Source: Octopus sinensis
Taxonomy: Eukaryota
NCBI RefSeq assembly: GCF_006345805.1
Contig: NC_043002.1
Coordinates: forward strand, 50,530,001-50,594,000
Length of the DNA stretch: 64,000 nucleotides
Reading direction: 5' to 3'
In this document: in pieces, positions 1 through 11,354 of the stretch
Position numbering within the stretch: the stretch's first letter is position 1
Layout of the letters: the number at the start of each line of letters is the position of its first letter
Notes under the pieces: model-generated
Databases searched by the model: none
Told to the model about the DNA's origin: nothing
The model's input: only the letters and a program-made list of their open reading frames with translations
Position numbers and translations under genes: made by a program

Positions 1-37
1 ATGTCTTTAAACATACATACATACATACATACATACA

Positions 38-89
<52 letters not shown>

Positions 90-823
90 TGTATGCACAC
101 AACACATATATAGTTACATAGATAGATATACACCTACAAATTCATATACATATGCGGACACGAATATACATAGATACATGCATATATACATATAAGCATA
201 TGTATGTATACCTATATAGAAATAGTAAGAGCGAAAGTACCACATCTAACACGATCATCAATAACAGCGATTAAAATAACACAAGAGGAAAAAATAACAA
301 CAAAAATAAAAACCCACATCAAAAACAAGGAAGGCGACAATGACAACAAGAACAAGCACGAAGCCAAAAGAGAAAAAAAAACTAGCAAAAAAAAATGAAA
401 AACAAAACAGGAAAAAATCAACAACAAAAAAATCCTACAAAACTATTTACAAATGAGTACTACATCGCCATCCAGCGCCCGACCCGGAAATCACCCCCGC
501 TTCCGCCTATCTGACATCTCAATTCAAAATAGTGTGTGTGGTGACGCTATAGACAAAATTATATTATAACGTCCATTTTGTTGGAGGTTGTTTTTAATGG
601 CGGTTTTACGTTGGCGCCATTAACTTGTGATAAAAATATGATGGAACTTTTTAAGTGTTATGTTAGTCTTATTAATGGTTATTTTCTCTTTAAAAAATAT
701 TATAGGTGTGTATGCATCTATATGATACGTCTACTTCTCAGTGTCCATTTAGCGTCTGTGTGTGTCAATATTCGTGCACATGTTTGTGTGTGGATATGTT
801 TATAGATATGTAAATCTCTATGC

Positions 824-907
<84 letters not shown>

Positions 908-1091
908 ATACGCACACATACATACATACATACGTACATACATACATACATAGACACACATACATACATACATACATATATATATACATATATATATATA
1001 TATAAATAAACTATATATATAATAATAAATAAATATATATATATATTATATATATATATACGTAGTAGGTATGTATGAATATGCTTATATC

Positions 1092-1147
<56 letters not shown>

Positions 1148-1159
1148 ATCTATCTATCT

Positions 1160-1194
<35 letters not shown>

Positions 1195-1615
1195 CTCTCT
1201 ATATATATACATACATATATACATATTAATAAAGACAAAATACCCAAAGCACACGAACATTTCCTCAGTTTATTATGTTATATATATTATATATAATATA
1301 TATCTATATATACAAATATATGTATGTATAAACGTATACATATCTATATATATAAATATGTTTAAATCTCTATATATATGTGTGCGTGCGTGCGTGTGCA
1401 TGCGTGTGCATGCGTGTGTGTATGTGCACTATAAACTTAGACAGAAATATAACATTGAAGACATATTTATGAGAGTATATAAAAATATGAGCATAGTTTC
1501 CTTGTGTGTGTGTGTGTGTGCGTTGTGTGTGCGTATGTTTGTATATATATATGTATTGTGTAAATATAAACGCATATGTTTACGTGATTTTTGTGCATAC
1601 ATAATCATGAATATG

Positions 1616-1653
<38 letters not shown>

Positions 1654-1918
1654 TATATATATTATATATATATATGTGTATATATGTGTATGTGTGCGTG
1701 TGTGTGTATTTATATTAATGTATATGACGGCTGAAAGCTACAAATTTTTTTCATTTTCTCTGTTTTCTCTCTCTCTACATATATATATATGCTTTCAACT
1801 AATATTATATATGTATATATATATATATATATATAATATATATATATATTATATATATATATATACATGAGTGCGTGTGTGTTTATGCCTTCTGCAAAAT
1901 TCATCTACGTATATATAT

Positions 1919-1954
<36 letters not shown>

Positions 1955-1960
<6 letters not shown>

Positions 1961-2789
1961 GTTATATTACTTACATTTGAACGGATATTTGTCCTCATCT
2001 TTTTTGCTGTTAGTATAATGTTTCTGCTGATGTACTCTCCAGCATTCATCAAATGTCCTGGGGGTAATTTTGAACCTGTGTTCTCATTTCTAAGGTGTTT
2101 TTCCGATGTTATTATTTTAATTCAGGTCACTGAATAATAATAATAATAGAACTCAGAATCCTAACCCTACGCCACATGCTCGTGGGCAATAATTTTAGGG
2201 CTTATAAATCTAATATTTTCCTATCTTTCCATAACACCAGTTCCCATATGCTACTCATATCCGCACTCGGTCTGCTCAGGAGGTTGTTGTGTCTTAACAC
2301 ATGTGTTGCCTCTTTTAGTTTTCGCATTTTCCAGTGGTGTTCTCTGTCTATTATTTCAAATTCATCCCGCAGGGAGAAGTGGTCTCCGTTTTTCCATACA
2401 TGATCAGCTATACCCGATTTATCGATATCTCCTCGTGTCACAGCTTTGCGATGTTCCTCTACCCTTATTTTGAGGGGGTGGTATGTTTCGCCTTTGTATA
2501 ACTTACCACAGCTGCATGGGATGGAGTACACTCAGTCTTTGGTCATATTCTCTTCTATTGGTGGTTTTACTCGAAGGAGATATTTGCGAAGTGTTGTATT
2601 ACTCTTGAATACTGGTCTGATGTCGTATGGACCGCATATCTTTTGTATCTTTTCGGAGAGGCCTTTCATATAGGGTAGGCAGACTGTGGTCAGTTTATGG
2701 GTTTCATCCTCTCTTCTCTTCATAATTGGAGTGGACAGTATGTTTTGGGGGTAGTTGTTACTTAATAGATTGTTACTTAGCTTGATCAT
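1955..2789 (-). mobile_element. Penelope-like element (PLE) 3' fragment: RT C-terminal linker + GIY-YIG endonuclease, followed by 3' terminal module (tRNA-like head, (AAT)n, hammerhead-like motif)
   Basis: In-frame minus ORFs 2532..2861 and 2202..2531 read ...VCLPYMKGLSEKIQKICGPYDIRPVFKS...TKD*VYSIPCSCGKLYKGET...RVEEHRKAV...SGIADHVW...EIIDREHHWKMRKLKEATH. This is a typical C-terminal PLE GIY-YIG (VYSIPC-x-C-x3-YxGET) with one TGA at 2532-2534. The 5' end is truncated into (TA)n at ~2790. Confidence 0.88.
2012..2056 (-). ncRNA. Degenerate minimal type I hammerhead ribozyme motif (PLE terminus)
   Basis: Minus strand: ACAT-TTGATGA-A-TGCTG-GAGAGTACAT-CAGCA-GAAAC-AT-T-ATAC. Stem II is intact (5 bp), but C3->T and G16.2->A make this copy likely inactive. 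Confidence 0.6.
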
Positions 2790-2915
2790 ATATATATATA
2801 TATATATATAGTTTTCTGACAACGCCAAACGCCAATAAACACACGCACTCATACCAAGCATATAAACGTGTCTTAGATTTCTTCATTAAACTCTAAATTC
2901 CTCCTCCTCCTTCCC

Positions 2916-2917
<2 letters not shown>

Positions 2918-2987
<70 letters not shown>

Positions 2988-3026
2988 TTACTACTACTAC
3001 TACCACTACTACTACTACTACTACTA

Positions 3027-3072
<46 letters not shown>
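2918..3072. repeat. (CTA)n trinucleotide microsatellite
   Basis: About 150 bp of near-perfect ctactacta. Confidence 0.97.
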
Positions 3073-4229
3073 GTTTTGTTTTGCTGTTGTTGATTAGCCT
3101 CAGGTCAGTTCTGATCAAGTAGTCCTTATACTTTACTTCCAGATTCTTAATCGTCGAAAGTCATTCCGTTCATGAACATCCCATTTGATTTTCAGGTAAA
3201 ATCTAACCCTGATTACATTATGAAATCTATCTATTTTCTTTGCAAAAAAAAAAAAAGAAAAAAGAAATAATGGTTTGGTTTGGTTTACAATAGATTTGTC
3301 TAATATTTCTCGCAGATCCAACGGACACATAGAAAATACGAACTACTGCGGGTTCCTCATTCTCTTATTCTGTCTTGTGACGGTACAGTAAAACTCTTCG
3401 TTGTCAGTGGTTTTATAATTATTGTTTTCCTTACTGGTTTCCTAATTTGCCACCAAGGCAGCACAAATGATCCAATATAAATCATATTCTATGAAACTGA
3501 ATTAAGAAATCACTCGTGAGTTGTTTTGTTTCCATGTTATACAGAAAATATTTATAGTGTTTTGGTTTCACAGTAAGTATTACCAGTTGTAAACACCTTC
3601 GTATACTATAGAGGACAGAAGAGCGAGGAATCGACCTAATCAGTTTCAGTCCTATTTGGTATTAATAAGTGACTAACTATCCGTTTTGGTTGTTTACGGG
3701 GACACTCATTATAAACCTATTATTATTAATGACCTAAGTACATAGGATAGAGTGATTAGCATATTTCACGCATTCTTATCTGCCGTGCGATTAGTAATTT
3801 ACTAATATCAAACCAATAACAGCAACAAGAACAGCAGCCGTTCAAGAATTTGGACCTAGAGATCTCCATTTTCAGCGACTTCGAGGGCCACCTTCCAGTG
3901 GTTTCGGGCGTCAACGAAGAGCCCTCGACTACAACAAGACGACCAAAGTTTTATTTTTCCCAAGGTCTGGGGTCTCTCGCCCCTAAGCCCTAGACCATCA
4001 CCTAATCACTCTTACCCGTCTTGTTGCTTAACAAAAACAACAACAACAATAATAATACGGCCAAATACCACATAGAGTGACCCAGTCAGTGACCGGCAAA
4101 AACCCATGGGATTGCTTAATTCACACGCTGTTGCAAAATGTTTTCCTCCTTAGCCCGACCAGAATTATCACGAAAATTCTAGAAAGTTGAGAGAATACAT
4201 AGCATTGGTGCCGTAGGCTACAGGTACCA

Positions 4230-4660
4230 AGTATGCTACTCAAGCGAGACTCCCAGTGTTTCAACAAAAACAGAGGTAAAAAAATATAATAATTGTAGAA
4301 ATATAAAATAAACTGTGTAAGATCATAGACTTTGCAGTTCCCCATGATAACAGACTCGATATCCATCAAATTGAAAAAAGAAAAGATGAGAAATATTAGG
4401 ATCGAGTCTGAGAGCTGAAGAAACTGAGAAAGACTAAAGCAGCAATTACTTCTGTGGTAATTGATGTGACTGGCACAACAGCCAGAATGTTACCTAAAAG
4501 ACTGGAAAATATTGGAGCTGAGACTCGCATTTATCGACCCGCGAAGTATTGTTCTGCATTCCGCAAGAATCTTATGAGCTAAGGAGACTTTCTGTCACCA
4601 AACTCGAACATAACATTTATGCTAATTAAATTACCATGTAATAGCTTAACAACAACAACA
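4230..4660 (+). mobile_element. Degraded 3' end of an RLE-type non-LTR retrotransposon (R4/Dong-like)
   Basis: Translation from ~4316: CKIIDFAVPHDNRLDIHQIEKRKDEKY*DRV*ELKKLRKTKAAITSVVIDVTG... This matches the PD..D-x-EK..KY..L restriction-like endonuclease tail. It contains stops and ends in (AAC)n. Confidence 0.7.
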
Positions 4661-4719
4661 ATGATTTCATTTATTTGCCACAAGGGCGAAGGACGAGGGG
4701 AAAAATACAAAGACAGACA

Positions 4720-5295
4720 TAAAGTGCGGAGGTTTACATGTAATGAATAAAAAATAAAAAAATTAACGGTATACAGTGAAAAAGAAAGGATATATGCATA
4801 ACATATAAAGGTTTAAAAAACAAAAAATAAATGGGGCGGGGAGGATAATGAAGACGTGGCCCTCTTGATACAGAAAGGGCTCTAGGGATAATCGAGGAAC
4901 CCCACTGTCCGAGATTTCCCCGAAACCCCAGGAGCAAGTACTCTCTCCAATTTCTTCCCGCCGACTCACAGCTTTACTCTTAGACAGGCACCATGCACTC
5001 TTGCCATTTTCGTAACTTTCACCTATCTTTCAATAAGCTTATCCGAGGAGAGCACTTCCATTCCACTCTCAATTTCCTTTTCAAGTGAAACTTGAAGAAA
5101 TAAATGAGAATTCTACCAAAGAGGAATCTGTCTGCCCTCATGCCTTTCAGCTTTGTCCATAAAAGAAAACTGCCTCGCCTGCCCGATTAAAGAAAGGTGG
5201 CGGTTTGATCATTACCACAGACTCGGCCGACAGACAGATCTGTTCCACACGTAAGAGCAGCTGTTCGACATAACTCCACAACGATGCCCGGACAC
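4720..5295 (-). mobile_element. Tx1/L1-like LINE C-terminal fragment with 3' UTR
   Basis: Minus translation with a frameshift and stops: QCPGIVVELC...WTKLKGMRADRFLFGRILIYFFKFHLKRKLRVE / EVLSSDKLIER*VKVTKMARV... This resembles the region after the zinc knuckle in Tx1-like ORF2. Confidence 0.6.
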
Positions 5296-5809
5296 TGAAT
5301 TAGTACTAATTGGGAACTGGGGTCGATGTAACCGACCAGCCCCTCCACCAAAATTTCAAGCCTTGTGTCTATAGTAAAAAGGACTGTTTTGTGCTTTTCC
5401 AACTGTAGACGTTAAAGTTTCTGTTTTTGCAAAATAGTTGACATTTTTTTCTCGCATCAAGCTTTTGTGAAGTATCAAGTTTAACCTTCATGCCCTTTTC
5501 CCACAACTTATTTCACGTGCGCTTGATGACCTCTCCTTTCATCATTTCGAATAAGGGTTGGAGAACCATATTTTGAGTAGTGAACGTTTCTAAAAGTTAT
5601 ATCCAAAGTTGATGATAATAGACAAGAAATTATCACCAGTCACATGATATTTCTAAAAATACAATCGCATGTAATATTCCATCCATATTCGTTAATCTGA
5701 CAAAATAGTTTTCCTCTCGTCTATGGCTCTGAATCCGGATTCTTAGCAACCGGACATAGCTTCGTTTGAGCTTGTCACCCACTAGATGATAGATCATTAG
5801 TTCCTACAC

Positions 5810-5990
5810 GCATTTTTTCTCTCCTTGTTTCTCTTCTTGTTTTTTTTTTCTGTGTATCCTTCTGTCGAAGAGCGTAGGCTCGAAACATAAAGGATTGTTC
5901 TATTTCTATTCCTGAGCGCCATACTAATACATTTGTTTGTTTGTACTCCACCTGCCTTCGTCTTTTGTTTATTTTCGTAAACCTTCCCGT
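5810..5990 (+). mobile_element. Short PLE-terminus-like repeat with hammerhead-like motif; second copy at 57035-57180 (-)
   Basis: 5856-5895: ATCCTT-CTGTCGA-A-GAGC-GTAG-GCTC-GAAAC-AT-A-AAGGAT. The flanks (ctccttgtttct..., ...tactaatacat..., ...cctgccttcgtcttttg) match the reverse complement of 57035-57180. Confidence 0.7.
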
Positions 5991-6062
5991 TATATATATA
6001 TATTTCGTTCTTGGATTTAGTCTGCAAGATTCTTTATATGAGTTTGTGTGTTGAAGCATATT

Positions 6063-6219
6063 CTGTTGTGTTTGGGGAGAGTCATTCTCTTTTAGTGCCT
6101 TATTATTTAACACTCACCGGTAGAATTTTTAAAAAGTAAAATTTCCAAAAGTAGAAATTCTACCGGTGAGTGTTAAATAATAAGGCACTAAAAGAGAATG
6201 ACTCTCCCCAGACACAACA

Positions 6220-6220
<1 letters not shown>
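6063..6220. repeat. Near-perfect fold-back inverted repeat (66-bp arms, 1 mismatch, 26-nt spacer)
   Basis: 6063-6128 is the reverse complement of 6155-6220 except for one base. It is followed by (TA)n. Confidence 0.95.
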
Positions 6221-6284
<64 letters not shown>

Positions 6285-6374
6285 TATATATAGATATATA
6301 TATACATACATAACATACATACATACATACAACACCACACACAGCATATATATATATATACATACATACATACA

Positions 6375-6421
<47 letters not shown>

Positions 6422-6523
6422 ATCTATCTATCTATATATCTATATACTATCTATATATAATATATATATATATATTATATATATATATATATATATATTA
6501 TTAATATATATATAATATTATAT

Positions 6524-7203
6524 AAGTAATAGTTTGTGGCAGTCTCAGGAAAGGGAAGAATGCTACTGCTTTTAGCCCCAAGAAACACCGTTTCTCGTTG
6601 GCTACGTAACACAAGCCTTCTGTGTCCTTAAGTTGTCAAACAGGGGAGATAAGCACCCCCATCCAACAAAGCCAGCATTCAGAAACTAGTTTCAGGGTAG
6701 TTGTCCTTCATCAGTCTGGTGTAGCTTGTCTTTTCTAGCTGTGGGTGCTAAATCACTGTTGAAAACTTATAGAATTTCAAGTAAAATAATTTCACTGCTC
6801 TAGAAAATTAGAAATATTGCATTTCTAAGTCTCTCAGAGAGAGTTATGCAGTAGCGGCATATATATAAAATTTTAAGTGAAATTCTATAAATTTCCAACA
6901 GGGATTTGGCATCGACAGTTAGCAAAGCCCAAATACTCCAGATTGATGAGGAGCGACTACCCTGAAACAAGTCTTTGATTGCTGGCTTTGTTGGGTGGGG
7001 GTGCTTATTTATTTCACCTGTTTGAAAACTTAACGACACAGAACGCTTGTGTCACATAGAAACGGCGTTTCTTGGGCCAAAATAGCTGTAGCATTCTTCT
7101 CTTTCCTGGGACTTCCACTTTAAGTTGGCAACAAACCATTACTTTATTATGCCGCTACTACATAACTCTCTCTGAGAGACTTAGATATGCAATATTTCTA
7201 TAT
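6524..7203. mobile_element. Head-to-head pair of ~330-nt hammerhead-containing repeat units (PLE pLTR / retrozyme-like)
   Basis: The minus arm (6524-6863) and plus arm (~6875-7203) are clearly homologous but diverged. Each carries a hammerhead motif (6680-6718 -, 6939-6977 +). The pair is flanked by (TA)n. Confidence 0.85.
6680..6718 (-). ncRNA. Minimal type I hammerhead ribozyme, catalytic core intact
   Basis: CAGA-CTGATGA-AGG-ACAACTAC-CCT-GAAAC-TA-GT-T-TCTG. Stem I is CAGA/TCTG, stem II AGG/CCT, stem III the palindrome ACTAGT, and the cleavage triplet is GUU. Confidence 0.75.
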
Positions 7204-7215
7204 GTATATATATAC

Positions 7216-7262
7216 CTGAAAGAAGCCCGTCGTATATCTGTATATATATATATATATATATA

Positions 7263-7315
<53 letters not shown>

Positions 7316-7470
7316 ATGCGCATGTGAGTTTCTATCTGTGTACCCGCAAGTTCGCAATTCGGCAGTAGAGGCCAGTAGAATATGTTCTGGGGTCGATATC
7401 TTCGACTAAAGTTCCTTTAAGGTGGTGTTCTAGCATGGCCGCAGTAAAATGATTGAAACAAATAAAAGAT
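7216..7470 (+). mobile_element. SINE family A, 3' part
   Basis: ctgaaagaagcccgtcg-(TA/TG)n-...ggggtcgat...cgactaaag...agcatggccgcagt...gaaacaaataaaaga, shared with the full copies at 8743 and 37228. Confidence 0.85.
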
Positions 7471-7484
7471 GAAATATATATATA

Positions 7485-7741
7485 CAGTAATCCCTCGACT
7501 ATCGCGGGTGTTACGCACGACCCGCTCCTCCTCGCGATAGGTGAAAATCCGCGAAGTAGAAACAGTACTGTACTGTATATATTCTAAAATTATTTTTATA
7601 ATTTGTATATATTTATTTTATATAAATGCTAAACAACACCACGGAAGAATCGACATAAGCTTAAATAAGAAAACCGCGATAGTTGAATCGCGAGATAGGT
7701 GAACCGCGAGAGGTGAAACGCGATATGGCGAGGGATTACTG
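7485..7741. mobile_element. Tigger/pogo-type MITE (257 bp)
   Basis: TIRs CAGTAATCCCTCG (7485-7497) and CGAGGGATTACTG (7729-7741), extending imperfectly to ~22 bp, with a TA target-site duplication on both sides. Confidence 0.9.
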
Positions 7742-8457
7742 TATATATGTGTATGCGTGTTTGTGTGTATGTGTGTGTGTGTACATATATGCATATAAAT
7801 ATGAATATATATATGTGTGTGTATCTGTGTGTATGTGCGCATGCTTATACCCCAACCCTTTAAATTCAAGTTCATTATAGAACACAACAGTAGACGATTA
7901 GTAGGATGGATGACAACAACAAAGGCAACATCAACAATAAGATCAAAACAACAATAAAACAAAATACCACCATCATCACTATCACCACCGCCACCACCAT
8001 CTCCATTACCACCACTAAAAACAACAGCAACAACAACATATAAAGCAACAATAACATGCACTATATCAATAGAAATATTTGCACAAGTCAAACGAGAGTC
8101 CAATAAACAATCAAATAGATAAGTATAAAATATATAAATAAACAAATATATAGATATATAAATAAATAAATAAAAATCGAACAAAAAATGAAGAAACAAA
8201 TGTTGCCATTTAATGGCTGATCTCGACTTGACAGTTATCGAACAGTAAAGGTGAGTGTATGCCATAAAGTGATGTGATATTAAAGGATATTAGCTATTTT
8301 ATAACGTCGTACACTATACTTACATTTTATTCTGTTATAGGACAACAGTGTAAAGTTGAAAAAGAAAATGCGTGTGTGCGTGTGTGCGTGTGTGCGTGTG
8401 CATGCATGTGTGTGCGTAAGTGTGTGCGTATGCGTATATATATATGCATGCATACAA

Positions 8458-8496
<39 letters not shown>

Positions 8497-8742
8497 CTAT
8501 CTATCTATCTATCTATCTATTTATCCATGTATGTATGTATGTATGTAAGTATCTATCTAACTATTTCTCTCTTTCTCTCCCCCATCTCCCCCTCCCCCTC
8601 TATCTCTATATATTTATTTACACACATATATAGATAGACATACACAGGCACATATACACACACACTCACGTACGTACACATAGACATGTAGACATGTGTA
8701 TACATACGTACACATAATCAATATTTCAATGTATGCATATAT

Positions 8743-8859
8743 TGTTCCGGGTTCAGTCCCACTGCGTGGCACCTTGGGCAAGTGTCTTCCACTATAGCCT
8801 CGGGCTAATCAAATCCCTGTGAGTGGATTTGGTAGACGGAAACTGAAAGAAGCCCGTCG

Positions 8860-8891
<32 letters not shown>

Positions 8892-9150
8892 AATATATAT
8901 ATATAATATATATTATTATGTATATGTAGTATATGTATATGTATATGTTTGCGTGTCTGTGTTTGTCCCCCACAATCGCTTGATAACAGATGCTGGTGTA
9001 TTTAGGTCCCTGTAAGCTAGCAGTTCGGCAAAAGAGATCCGATACAATGAGTACTAGGCTCACAAAGAATAAGTCCTGGGGTCGATTTGCTCGACTCAAG
9101 GCGGTGCTCCAGCGTGGCCGCAGTCAAATGACTGAAACAAAGAGTAACAG
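8743..9150 (+). mobile_element. tRNA-derived SINE family A (near full length)
   Basis: B-box ggttcagtccc, core gtggcaccttgggcaagtgtcttc, internal (TA)n/(TG)n, 3' ...ggcggtgctccagcgtggccgcagtcaaatgactgaaacaa. At least 12 related copies occur in the window. Confidence 0.9.
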
Positions 9151-9429
9151 AATATATATACACACACGCACATATAGGTATGACGACGTACATACATACA
9201 GAGATAGAGAGAGAGGAGAAAGAGAGAGGGCGGAAGAAGGAGAGTGTTTGACAGAGGGAGGGAGGGAGAGAGAGACGTTGTAAGAGAGAGAAAAGGTGAT
9301 GGAGATAAATGAACATTAGCCTGATGACGGTAGATGACGGTAGAGTCGATGGTGATGCTGATGGGGAAGAAGAGCAAAAGAAAACGATGACGATCACAAT
9401 TCTTATTACTTCAGACACAAAGCCTGAAA

Positions 9430-11010
9430 ATTCGTGGGAGTGGAGTGGAAATGGAAATCGATTACATTGAATCCCTAGTACTTGACTGATAATTATTTTA
9501 TCACCCTCGACGAATGGTCGAAAAGCAAAGTCGACCCCAGCAGAATTTGAACTCAGAATGTAAAGACCCAGAATACATGCCCGATAAGAATTTTTTTCCG
9601 ATGCGCTAACGATTCCCTCAACTAGTCGTTTTAATTAATTGTGGTTTCTAATTTTGTCACAAGGCCCGCAATTTCAAGGGTGAGTTAATTCAATTACATG
9701 GACCTAAGTATTCAATTGGAGCTTACTTTATCGACCCAGAAGTGACGAAAGGCAAAGTTGATCTCTGCAGAATTTGAACTCACAAAGTAATGTGTCGGTC
9801 GGAAGAAATGCCGCAAAGTCTTTTTTCCTGCGGGTTAACGCTTCTGCCAGCTCGTCGCTTTAATTATTCCTTCTGCGATAGGCAAAAGGTCTGAAATTTG
9901 TGGAGAGTAGGAAACTCAATTGAAATCTATGGCGTAGTAAAGAGAAGCAAGTCGAAAATGCCAAACAATGAGTATAAAGAAAAGAATTCAAGAATGGCAA
10001 TAGAGAAATTTAAAGAAAAATGACGGCTGTGGCTGTGTGGTGAGAAGCTTGCTTCCCGACCATATGGTTCCGGGTTCAGTTCCAATGCGTTCTACCATTG
10101 TCCTTAACTTATAGCTTTGAGATCTACAAAGCGTTGTGAATGGATTTGGTAGATTTGATTTCTGCGTGACTCTGTGTTGGGTTTGCACCATCCCCAATCC
10201 CATCATCGCTTGACAACCGGTGTTGGTGTGTTTACGACCCCTCAACTTAGCCGTTAGGCAAATGAGCACCAGGCTTAAAAAGTAAGTACTGGCGTTGACA
10301 TGGCTGCAGTCTAATGAAACAGATAAACGGAGAAAGGAATATAAGAAGTTGAGTGACTATATCTTTTAAAACCGATATTGCTTTCTATTACGTACAGGAT
10401 GTTGTACTGTTAATTAATTCAAATTAAAATAGTAATTAAATTATAAAGTCAAAAAACATCAATTCTCCAAATTCATAATACTCTGAATATTTTAAAGTTT
10501 ATAATTAAAATTAATTTCATTACAAACAAAAATAGTTTAGTAGACATTTTGCTAAAACAGCTCAGTATTAATTTCGTAGTATTTTCTTTTATTTGATGCA
10601 TTCTGAAAAATGGCTTCATATTTTGGCTCAAGTTCGGCGATTGGATATGAGTTGGAAAGTCGATAACAATGACTCAAGTGTTCAGCTGGTACTTATTTTA
10701 TCGACCCCATAAGAATGAAAGGCAAAGTCGACTACGGTGGGATTTGAACTAAGACTGTAAAGACGGTACGAAATGCCGTTAAGCATTCTGTTCGGTGTGC
10801 TAACGATTCTGCCAGTTCGTCGGCTTATGAGGTATCCCTAATTTGACACAAGGCAAGCAACTTTAGGGTGGGGTAAGTCGATAACATCGACGCCAGTATT
10901 CTACTGGTACTTATTCCAGCAACTCCGAAAGGATGAAAGTCAATGCCGCGGAGCATTCTGTCCGGTAGACTAACGATTTTGCCAGTTCATCGCCTTATGA
11001 GATATCCCTA
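9430..11010 (-). mobile_element. Cluster of at least four SINE family B copies (minus), interrupted by a family A copy at 10024-10335 (+)
   Basis: Repeated gaaaggcaaagtcgac...gaatttgaactcaga...gaaatgccg.taagcatt...cgctaacgattc.gccag units near 9460, 9700, 10680 and 10880. Confidence 0.85.
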
Positions 11011-11254
11011 ATAATAGCCGTTAACGATAACTAACTATATATTCCAGTACAAGAGCTAGTTCCCATAATTTCAGAAATCGCATGGATTTTGACAATTACG
11101 CCTAATTACGGAGGGCGAGCGCTAAGCGGAGATAAGTGAAATTTCAATGTTACTATAAATCTGAATATGCTTCATGCACTTTCGAACTGGGGAACAAGTT
11201 ACTCATTGCGTTTTGTCACGGAAAATGTCTAGGTAGGTAGTGCTGCGAGCTGAT

Positions 11255-11354
11255 NNNNNNNNNNNNNNNNNNNNNNNNNNNNNNNNNNNNNNNNNNNNNN
11301 NNNNNNNNNNNNNNNNNNNNNNNNNNNNNNNNNNNNNNNNNNNNNNNNNNNNNN
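11255..11354. other. Assembly gap (100 N)
   Basis: Run of exactly 100 N. Confidence 1.

Noticed and set aside
5400-5760. Possible mariner transposase relic
   Set aside because: Only a VTGD-like tetrapeptide; insufficient evidence.
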